Of a stretch of 44,470 nt of DNA, positions 12,376 to 23,775 are shown in pieces. How positions within the stretch are numbered: the first letter of the stretch is position 1; every line of letters begins with the position of its first letter. Source of the DNA: Octopus bimaculoides (Eukaryota); assembly GCF_001194135.2 (NCBI RefSeq), contig NC_068997.1, positions 8,829,609 through 8,874,078 on the forward strand, in the 5' to 3' direction. Both the position numbers and the translations under genes were made by a program. The notes under the pieces are model-generated. The model worked only from the letters and a program-made list of their open reading frames with translations, had not been told where the DNA came from and did not search any database.

Positions 12376-12714
12376 GTGGCTGTGTGGTAAGAAGTTTGCT
12401 TCCCAACCACGCAGTTTTGGGTTCAGTCCCACTGTGTGGCACTTTGGACTCTGTTTTGTAGTATAGCCCCAGGCCGACCAAAGCCTTGTGAGTGGATTTG
12501 ATAGACAGAAAGTGAAAGAAGCCCATTCAGTGTGTGTATATTTGTGCATGTGTGTGCTCCGTAGGCTTCTACACAGTCTCCATCTGCCAACTTCCCTCAC
12601 AAGTTATTGGTCGGCCAGTAGAAGACAATTGCCTAAGAAGCAATGCAGTGGGATTGAAACTGAAACCATGGGGTTGCAAAACAAGCTTCTTGGCCACGTA
12701 GCCATGCCTGCTCC
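12376..12714. mobile_element. inverted pair of SINE family A 5' halves (12376..12524 +, 12563..12714 -)
   Basis: second copy is the reverse complement of the first, joined by a TG-rich spacer. Confidence 0.85.
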
Positions 12715-13597
12715 CCCTAGTTTGTAGAAGAAAAAATAAATTACAGTTAATTGGTTTCTCATTTTGGCAAACCAAATGCTTCAGGCACTTTTGTTCTTTA
12801 AACGAAATACGTGTAATTCCTTTGTAATTTTGATACTTCTTCATTCTCTCTCAGCAAAGAAGAACTAGTGACCAAAACACTGGATTTTTCACCCATAGTA
12901 AAACAACTTGCTGAAATGTATTTTCCTTTATAAATTTCGAAATACTAATAATTTGGTACTTTTAAGCAAATTTCGTAAAAGATTGTTTTTTGTTAACCAT
13001 TTGTATTTACCCTCACCCGCAAATATAATCATTTTTCAATGATCAGTGTTTCAATTTTCTATTATCATAAATTAAATTTTTTTTATATATATTTCAAATG
13101 TATTATTAAAAATATACAAAGTTGTTTTTTTTTTGTTGTTTTTTTTTTTCCTGATATTAAGTTGCACTAAAAATGTATATTGAAAGTTTGGTTTTAATAT
13201 GTTCGTCATTTACTCCTTTTGCATGTTATTAAGACCAATCTTTTGTAACGCAGACAGTCTGTTGACATGAAAATGCCGTAGATAAAAAAATTACTGTCAT
13301 TATCTAATGTGTAATTAAATCTGGAAAAGAAATAATGTATCAAACAAAAAAAAAAACTTTTATCTTTCTTCAATTCAGGTTGTTTTGTTGTGGGTGTTTT
13401 TCATTTTTATCTTTTTTGTTTTTAAGAAATGTCAATTGCTTCGTTTACATTGCTTGATAACAATTGCTTGCTTTTACTTAATATACTTCTTTTAAATTAT
13501 TTATTAAAAAATTAGTCGTAGAAATTAATGAAAATATAACAACAGGATATAGATTTTTGTGTGTGTGTGTGTGTTTATTGTGATTCTATCTTTGCAG

Positions 13598-13642
13598 GAA
13601 CGTGAAATGAAACGCCAACAAGCTGTCATGATGAGAGAACAG
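13598..13642 (+). CDS. BAZ2B: exon, coiled coil [15 protein letters not shown] (phase 0-0)
   Basis: tttgcag|GAA ... CAG|gttagt; 45 nt. Confidence 0.92.
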
Positions 13643-16600
13643 GTTAGTTGGAACCTTGTAAGCTGCAATTTTATTTATTAATTTTTTTCTACAATTTCTC
13701 TTATCTTGTCTATTTTTAAATAGCATTCAAGGTTGACATTTTGCTTGTTCTGTGTGTGGAGAGGGAGGGAATTGAGCAAGATTACATACCTGAATCAAGG
13801 TTTTATTCATTTGGCCTTTTAAGTGATTACACAACAGAATTTTGAGAAGAAATTTCGGTGACGTGTTTCAGTCAACAGGAAAAGCCAGTTGAACAAAACC
13901 TTGGTTCAGATATGTAATCCTGTTTAACCTTACAAATGACTGGGATATTATGGAACACTAAGCACTTCCAACACAATGATAGGAATACTTATGTTTTTAT
14001 ACCACACAGCTAGCCACCTACACTTTTCTCTGCAAATTAGGGATAGTTTATCCTGTTCAGGCTATATTATTAGCATTATTCTGCGATTGAGAATTTAAAA
14101 TCACTTCTTTAACTTTCTAAAAGACATCTCAACGCTTCTAAAAGCAAACTTCGTTTGTTTATTTACGTTTGTCGTAATTTGAATTTAACATATGAGAACG
14201 TCTCATAAAGCGAGATTTATATATCTTAGTTTGCAGAGGAATTTGTACTGGGTAGTTTAGCTTAATCGGTCAAAGCATCGTGACATGTAATCACAGAGAT
14301 GTGCGTTCATGTCTACAGCTAGCCACTTACACTTTTCTCTGCAAAATAGGGATAGTTTATCCTGTTCAGGCTATATTATTAGCATTATTCTGCGATTGAG
14401 AATTTAAAATCACTTCTTTAACTTTCTAAAAATTGTGTGTGTGTGTGTGTATAAATGGAAAGTATTTCTCTCCTGAAATAGTTTGTAAAGAAACATCATG
14501 TCAAGATTTGTTAATAAAGTGGAAATAAAACCAATATTAAATTGACTTGGTGACTGTCGTTAGCATGAAAGTTTATGTAAAAAATGTATCTCGATTTTGG
14601 AAGCATAAGCATGGCTGTGTAGTTAAAAAAGCTTGCCTCCCAGCCGTGTGGTCTCACTGCACAGCAGCTTGAGCAAGTGTCTTCTACTATAGCCCTGAGC
14701 TGACCAAAACCTTGCCAGGAGATATTTGATGGAAGGAAACTGGGAGACACCCATTAGATATAAATGTGTGTGTGTGCGTCCTAGTTTTGACATGTGATGG
14801 TTGTAAGTGAGCATCACCATTATACAAACAATGCTGTTTTTGTCTTCTGTGTAAAACATGCCTGGTCATGGGGGAACTATTACCTTACCTAGAAACAAGT
14901 GAGGATTGATGAAAGGAATGGCAACCAGCTGTAAAAGAAAAAATCTGTCAGCAAAGAAAAGTGGACGTTAAGTAATAATGATGATGAATTATAATAGCAT
15001 CTATAAAACATGATACTGTCAGATTGTTAGTAAAAGTACCTTGCAATATTTGTTTTGGATATTTAAACTCTAAGGTCACATTCGCCATTCATCTCTCTGG
15101 GGGTCAATAGAGTATAGAACCAGCCAGGTACTGACTAAGCCCCTTCATTCAAAATTACTGACATCGTATCTGAATTAGAAACAATTGTATGATTTCTTAA
15201 TGAAAATGAGTGGGAAAAAATTTTCAGCCTCATACCATATGTTATAAAATTACAACCGCAAATTTTTACATAAAATAATGACTCACAATCAAGGATAACT
15301 AATTAACATACAGCATGCTTCAATTAGTTGTTTTAGATGTCTGTTCAGTTGTGACCACATAGACACTCCCTTTCTGCTTTCCCACCCTTAATCTATTGGA
15401 ACATCTAGAACAGTGCCTCGCAACCATCTTTTTTCCCAATAGACCCCTATTGATTTCTGTTTTATTTGGGTGGATCCTCGTAATCATTTGATGTTTTAAA
15501 ATATCCTAATATATTTTTATAATTAAATATTTTTAGGAATTGTATTTTTTTTTTAAATTGTTAAAATATTTTGAGTATTATAGATCTATAGATATATAAC
15601 CAGTTTATTGTTGTTGTTATTGTTTGTTCCTTCTCAATACATGCCTGGTTCATAAGGGCCAGTTTCCTGGTTTCATTGGCATATAGGTTCCCCACCTGGA
15701 TGGGACGCTAGTCCATTGCAATAACCAATTTATTGCACAAGTATTTTAACAACAAAATCTTACGTGGACTTCCAAGGGTCATATGAACCTCGATCTAGAA
15801 TATAACAGCTGGAGAAAGAGAGGATTAAATGTATGGACCCCCCCCACCACCAAAAGAATGGAAGGCAGAGTTGACCTCAACAGAGAGTCAGGACTAATAT
15901 TGCACCACATTCTATGCAATATTCCAGTGACTCCGTGAATTGACCAACTTTACCGTGTTTTACACACACACACACAGAATTGCACATTATTTTGATTCTA
16001 ATTTTAATATAATTGGTATCGTAATTGTGACTGATGCTGGTGTCATGTAACTGGCATGTAAAAAGCACCCTTCGGACGCTGGGCCTCAGGGAAGCAGTGA
16101 TAAGTGACCGAGACTTTTGGTGATATGCCGTACTTGAGGAGATTTGTCCAGGCAAGTGAAACTATAGTTGTGGCCGATGCCAGTGTCACGTGATGGGCAG
16201 CCATGCCAGTGGCACGTTGGGCCACACAGAGGCAATGATAAGTGACCGAGACTTGGCGATATGCCGGGCTTGAGAAGATCCGTGAAGCCAAGTGAAATCG
16301 TAAGCCATGGCTGATGCCGGTGTCACGTAACTGGCATATAAAAAACATCCACTACACTCTTGGAATGGTTGGTGTTAGGAAGGACATCCAGCTGTAGAAA
16401 CCATTCCAAATAAGATTGGAATCTGGTGCAGCCCTTCAGCTTACCAGTTTCAGTCAAACCGTCAACCCATGCCAGCATTGAAAGCAGACGCTAAATGATG
16501 ATGGTGTAGAACCAAAAATACTGTATGGTATTTAGTACCATCCAAGTTCCATACCTTTACTCTGGGATTGACTCTACCTGTCATTTCTTTCAAGGGCAAG

Positions 16601-16861
16601 AAAATAAGTAAGTACAAAGAGTGATTGATATAACTAATTAAAACCTTTTGAAAGGGTTGTGCCTTAGCATGCCTGCCATCCAAAGACAAATGCCAACAAA
16701 AGAATGAGCATTATTTCCCCCCCTTATAAAGAAATTTATGATCTTTAATTTGCACCAATAGCTGATGACTTTAATTTTAATTTCAGGAACGAGAACGACG
16801 TCGGCAGCACATGTTGTTGGTGAAATCCCTTGAAGCCCGGCGACGACAAGAAGTAAGGATG

Positions 16862-16898
<37 letters not shown>

Positions 16899-18764
16899 TG
16901 ACAAACAATATACTCGAGGTGTTCAGGCTGGGGGAGTTTTTAAGGTTTTTAGCTAAGAGTAGCGAGATTTCTGGGGTGTTTTTTTTTTTTTTTTAGCAAA
17001 GATTTTAAAAGAAACATCATTTTTCACCAAGAATAAGGTTTTCCTGCAAATATATAAGAATAGTTAATAGGACTCATTGAAGGGAGTGGGTGGTGATGGT
17101 GAAGATGATGATGGCAGAGAACGGTCAAGTTCTATATCCCCCTTATCTCCTTCAATGGTCATTTCAGCTATTTCTTTATTAAGAGTTAACGTTTCTGACT
17201 GCAATAGGTCTTCCTTTTAATTTGCCCCCCTCTTTTTCTTTTCTTTTTTTTTTATCATTTCTAGGAAAGGGAGCGATTAAAAGAAGAAAAACAGAAAGAA
17301 AAATTGATAGAAAGAGAACGGAAATTGGTGTGTATAGTTCTTAATGGTGGAACTGAACGAAGATTAAGTGCCATAGATAAAAATCTTCTTTGAGTGAGAC
17401 TTGTTTTTTTTCTTTCTTTTATTTGTTTTTTCAGAATCAGAGAAGAGTTGAGCTTCAAATTGCGGCTGAGTTGAAAAAGCCTATTGAAGACATGGAGATC
17501 AAAGACATCAAGGTTTGTTCTTTCGCTCTCATCTCTATTCTCTATATTTATTCTTCATACTTATTACTGTTGTTCCTCTTTCACTCCAATTCTCTGCCAA
17601 AACCACTCAAGTCATGGTTGTGTGGTTAAGAAGGTTACTTCACAGTTCTATGGTTTCAGATTCTGTCCCGCTGCATGACACCCTAGGCAAGTGTCTTCGA
17701 CCATAGTCTCAGATTGTCTGAAGCCTTGTGAAGGGAAAATTTGGTAGGAAGCCTCAGTGGTGTAGCAAGAGTGTCTGCCACCCAGGAGAGCCCTTCAGTT
17801 TGATTTTTTTTAAATTGCATGGTTTGGTTTAAGTACCAGATGTCTCCCTTCCCTGCTTGAAAATCCTTCAATACTTTTGAATTTTTTTTTTGTTGAAGAA
17901 AATTCTTCTTAAAAATTGCAATTATTTTTAATGGTCCTTTTTCTTGTTCTTTTACTTAGGAATTACCTCAGCTGCCTCGGATAGAAGGTGTCTGCTTAGC
18001 AGGAAAAGCCTTTGCCGATGCTTTGATGGTACTGGAATTCATGCATAATTTTGCCAAAGCCTTATCAATACGTAAGTAATTCTGTTTCACTTTTATCACT
18101 CTGTAGTGGCATCATATTGATATGATGTAGCCGACTACCAAATGTAATGCTTGAAGGTTCTCGCATTGGAGTAACCAGTGAACATCGAAGAATCAAAACC
18201 AAGAAGGAAGAAATATTATTTACATATATTTATTCGTTTACCTGACAGGTAGTTAAAGATTCAGTAGTAATTGTAGTGGCAGTGACAAGAAGCTCGCTCA
18301 CTGGTTGGTAGTTGATAGTGTAGAGGTTGCTGTCTGCCAGTAGAGAATGAAAGAATAAGGAATGCATGGTGCTGACTAGAAAGGATAAAGGATGCATCAT
18401 CTTTCTTGTAGCCAAAAGCTTCTCTTTGTATGTCGAGTGAAGGGCAAAGGGAAGTGCTGCTCCTTGGTCATGGCTGACACAAAAGAGGAAGAGACAGGAA
18501 ATGCTCTCTGTTATGTAGGCTATGGTCAGTAATGCAGTCCAAACCCTAAACAAAGGACTGACCTTTTCTTGACCAGCACAAGTCCTTGGGGTGGGGGGGG
18601 TCAAGTGTTTCCCCATCAATCATCTGGTGTGGAGATGCAAACAAAGGATTTCCCCCTTGTTTTGAAAAGCAACAAGTGGGTGGATTTGGTTTCAAATTTC
18701 AGGCAGGGCCAAGCGAGGTCCCTACAACTTCTAGATTTTGGTTTGTTTTATCCCCACGACCACG

Positions 18765-18807
<43 letters not shown>

Positions 18808-21800
18808 TTTAGTTGTAGTGGTGGCAGCAGTTGCTGCTGCTAAGTGGACCTTATTGATGGGAGAAATCAAGGCACAAACGGAAGAGTTACACAAAGAAAA
18901 AATTTCTTCTGACTTCCCTTCATCATCAGATGAGGGAGATGATGGTGATGATGGTGGTGCTCTAGATAGCACAGAAGAAAGCGATGCTTCAACTAGCTGT
19001 AGATAGAAAAAGTGCACCTCAAATGATTTTATGCTCAAATGATTTTATTACCTCTTTTTGTCTTGGTTTTTGTAAACAAAAACAGTTAAAATACATTTCC
19101 ATAGATTTCTTTTATTTATCTAAAAGGAAAATATGTCTAACAATTACCCTTAAGTAAAAAAAGATACTTTTTGTTTTTGATGCATTTTACACACATTCAT
19201 GCAACCTTTTCCTGCCATTTAAGGGCGAAGAGTCTCTGAAATTGTACAAAACCAATGAAGGTTATAAAAGCTTATTTACAAAAGAATTCCATTGTTTCTA
19301 CATAATTTTAAATTTTGTTTGATTGCATATAAAATGGTGTTACATGTCAGCATTTTTAATAACCATTCGTCCTGTTTATGTTGTTTTGTTTTTGTCTTCT
19401 TTTGCAGCTGAAGATTTTATTCCAGACATGACTGACTTACAGAACTGTTTGATGGGAGACAAGAAAGAGGATTTAGATAAATACATAAGCTATGCTAGCA
19501 AACTTCTGAAGACTGCCCTCACTGACCCTGGAGTGCCAAACCCAAAAGAAGTGAGGCATTTTTCATTGATACCATCATCATCATCATCATCATCATCATT
19601 ATCATCATCATCGTCATCGTTTTAGCATCCAATTTTCTGTGCTCACATGGGTCAGGCAATATGTAATAATGTTGGTCATCCATACATACAGGCATGCACC
19701 TTTGCAGGTGCTGCATTATGCACCTGTGCCAGTGGCACATAAAAAGCGCCAAGCACCCAGCACACTGCAAAAAAGTGGTTGGCATTAGGAACAGCATCAA
19801 GCCATAGAAACCATGCCAAAACAGATAATTAGAGCCTGGTGTAACCCTCTGGCTTGCCAGCTCTTGTCAAACCGTCCGAACCATGCCAGCATAGAAAACA
19901 GTCCCACTGCATGGCATCTTGGGCAAGTGTCTTTTGCTATAACCCTAAGTCAACCAATACAATGTGAGCAAATTTGGTAGATGGGCATTGAAAGAAGCCC
20001 GTTGTATATATAATATATATGTGTGTCTATGTGTATCCTTGTCTTTGCATCATGTGATGGTTGTAAACAAACATCACTGTTGTACAAGCAGTGTTCATTT
20101 CCTGTCTTCATGAAAAACAGGGAAGAAGTAAGTTCTGGACCTTGATTTGTTTGACTAAACCCTTCAAAGTGGTGCCCCAGCTTGGCCACAGTCCAATGAC
20201 TGAAGTAATAAAAGATAAAAGATTCTTAACTTTCAAAACAGTATACCAGTAATTTTCTATTTGATCTCCAGTGGCCTATATTATATCACCACCCCAGTAT
20301 GCTACTGGTGCACATTTTATTCCCGTTGGAAAATTGAAAATCAAAGTTCACCTGAATGGAATTTGAGCCTAGAACTTAACCCTTTAGCTCTTAAACTGAC
20401 CGTATCCAATCAAAATATTCCACCTTATGTTAAAACTGGTCAGATCCAGCCTCTCACAACTACCCCATACTCTACAATGTCTTCAAAACCCAAAATTACA
20501 TGATAATGCATGATTCATTCAAAACAATGCGAGTAAATAAGCATTACTCTTCACAGAATAATCTGAATACTTAAGAGCTAAAGGGATTAAAGGATGCTGC
20601 TAATTCTGTCGTGGATTAACACATTCATTTGCTTTTTTTCTTTCTTTTCTTTTTTTTTTGTTATTGTTGCCGTTGTTTAATTGAAGGTTGTTTTTTTTTT
20701 TGTTTGTTTTTTTGCTCTTGTCTTTTAGGCTATCACAGCGTTGGGCCAGAAAATCGTTGACATTGAACTAGATGACACCGTGATTTCAGAAGTTTTACGA
20801 ATATTTGTTATCTCACGGAATAATGGGGATAATGAGGTAAAATTTTTCGGAAATGTAACAAACTTTTTTTTTTTTCTGTCTTTATAACATTTCCATTAAA
20901 AGAGGATTTCTTGTAAACATCAAATCAATCAATATTTCTCTAATATATGTTTGATTATTGTTTTGTTTTTTCCCCTCAAGCCTTAGGACCTATAGAACCA
21001 GTCACCTGGTTTCCATGGCAATATATGTGACTGAGATTACAGCATTCCTCTTGAATAGGAGACCACCCCATTGCAGAGTCCAAGAATAGCAATTTTGAGG
21101 GGAGTGGGGGGGCAAGTCATTTATATTGACCCCAGTATTTGACTGGTACTTGATTTTATTGACTGCAGTACTTGGTTGATACTTCATCAACCACTGTGCC
21201 TAACTGTACTTTATTCTATCAGCCCTAAAGGCAAAGTTGACTTCAGCCAGATTTGAACTCTAAACATAAAGAATCAGAAGAGATGCCACTAAGCACTTTG
21301 TCCAACGTGCTGACAATTCTAGCAGGTCGATGCCTTTGTGTGATAAATAATCGAGGAGTGGTTGTGTGGTAAGACGCTTGCTTCCCAACCATGTGATTCT
21401 GGGTTCAGTCCCACTGCATGGCACCTTGGGCTAGTGTCTTCTACTAGTGGATTTGGTAGACAGAAACTGAAAAAAGCCCCTCATATATATATATATATAT
21501 ATATATATTTATGTATGTGTGTATATATATGTATATATATATATGTATGTATATGTGTGTGTGTATGTATATTTATATATGTGTGTGTGTGTCTGTTAGT
21601 CCCCCCCACCATCGCTTGACAACCAATATTGGGTGTTTACATCCTTGTAATTTAGCAGTTCAGCAAAAGAGACCGATAGAATAAGTACTAGGCTTACAAA
21701 GAATAAGTCCTGGGGTCGATTTGTTCGACTAAAGGCAGTGCTCCAGCATGGCCACAGTCAAATGACTGAAACAAGTAAAAGAATGTATCTTATAAAGAGA

Positions 21801-23740
21801 CATTATGAAATTGTATAAATGCTTATATTTAGTCCATTTATTGTTCTGTTTAATAAGTCAACTTTCTGCTCCTCTCCCTTCTTTCAATTTTTGTCCATCA
21901 CCTCTCTGGGTGTGTGGTTAAGAAGATTGCTTCCTAACCATGTGGTCTTGGGTTCAGTTCTACTCTGACATCTCTTGTACTACTCACACCATTTCTTACT
22001 GGTTTCCCTTACCCTCTCCACATCAGATTTTGCATGTGAACTGTTTGCTTCATTTTCTTATCAACAATTTAGCAACATAAGTTCTCTGAAGTAACATTAC
22101 TCAACAGGGTGTGTAGCTCAGAGATCAGGGTGTCTGTTGAGGTCAAACCACAAATTCTCCACATTGAGCAGTCACAGTTCCAATACTATGGACCTGTTGT
22201 TAGAAAGTTTCAGGAAAGAATCACAAGACGGATTCTTCAAGCCAAACCAACCAGCCGGAGACTTAAGGATAGACCAAAAAATAAATGGTTGGATAATATC
22301 CATGGTCTCAATTGCTTACACTTTGAAATCCAGCTGGAAAGTGTAATGATGACTGCCGATAGGATTCTATGGATGGGGACTCTACCACCATAACCCTTCT
22401 AGGACGAGTAGCCAACGAAAATGGATGGATTGTGATAAAATGACCTTGATTTCTTTCCAAAGACAGGCAAATATCCAAAAGGACTCTTCCACTCCTCTCA
22501 GCCAATCAATTTAATGAACATTTCTCCAAACTCTCTTGTGATTTAATTTTTACTGACACCAACTACCAACAATTTCCTTAAATTCTGGATTTTACCATCT
22601 TCTTTTAAAATGTCTTTTTGACTGACTTTAATGAGAATTCGTTTCTCCAAGTTTAGCCCAACTAGTCACATCAGCTTTATACAGTGTTAAACACTCATCA
22701 ATTGTATAGTACTCCTACTATTAACAGTGCTGAGCAGTGATGGCTCCCATCTACATTATAGTGGCACCATTCAGAGTTAAATATGTTTGCCATATACAGT
22801 GGCACTGTTTCCTTCTGTTATCAGAATACAAACCATCAACCATGCAACCGTTTGGCCAATGCCCATTCTAACTCAGTTTGATCCCTAAACCAGATGCTTG
22901 GTTTATTTAATTTCTGCTAAATACAAAAATCACTTAGAGTGAATAGGGTTGTGATTTATCAAAAGTAAATCTTTATTTTATCTCTTCTTCTTCTTCAGAT
23001 CTCAGAATGGTTAAGTGAGAAACCATTAAAAGCTTTAAATGCCACACAGAAGGCTTCTGTTCTGGCTTTTCTATGCAATGAACTTCTTTGTGGCAGACTT
23101 TTGTCAAAGTAAGTAGAAGGAAAACTTGATTCTCTTGGTTCTTTGTTTTTTTTTTTGTTTTTAGAGTTCACTTAATAAACCCTGAACAATATTAACCAAT
23201 TTTGGAATCATTCTTGTCCAGGAAGTGACTTGGACTGAAACTGTATTGATGTTAAAGCCACCAATTACATTGTGAAAGAACTGTTTTAGCCATTTCGAAA
23301 GTTGCAGTGGAACTATTGTCAGTGACCGAGTAGCAGTTGTCCAATGACATTTTTGATGCCTCAAGAAATTAGGGAAAAGTGAAGTTGTTAGAGTTTTTGC
23401 ATATTTTTAAATGGTCAAAATAATTCTTGATATTTTTCTCTTATTCTTCAACTATTATTGTTACATAATTTAGTTTTTGGAACCATTAACTTCATGTGAA
23501 GAGGGAAAAGTATTTTTTTACAATATTTACATTCACGCTACATTTCAAACAATTCAGTCTCTGAGCATAGACAACAAATCATCTGAGACATTTATTCAAC
23601 TTATGTTGTTGATGGTGGTGGTGGTGGTGGTGGTGGAGGTGGTGGTGGTGGTGGTGGTTCTTTATTGGGGAGGTTTTTTGTTGTTTTTATTTTCTTTTAT
23701 CATGGTGTGGTTGAGGAGCAAACCTCTTTACCATATGCAT

Positions 23741-23775
<35 letters not shown>

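Noticed and set aside
1-13597. Expected upstream BAZ2 exons (TAM/MBD, AT-hooks, EAEKR coiled coil)
   Set aside because: I found no matching peptide with splice sites; they are probably upstream of the window
14123-14314. Reading the 117-bp repeats as the LTRs of a TRIM
   Set aside because: No TG..CA termini, no PBS or PPT arrangement and no TSD found
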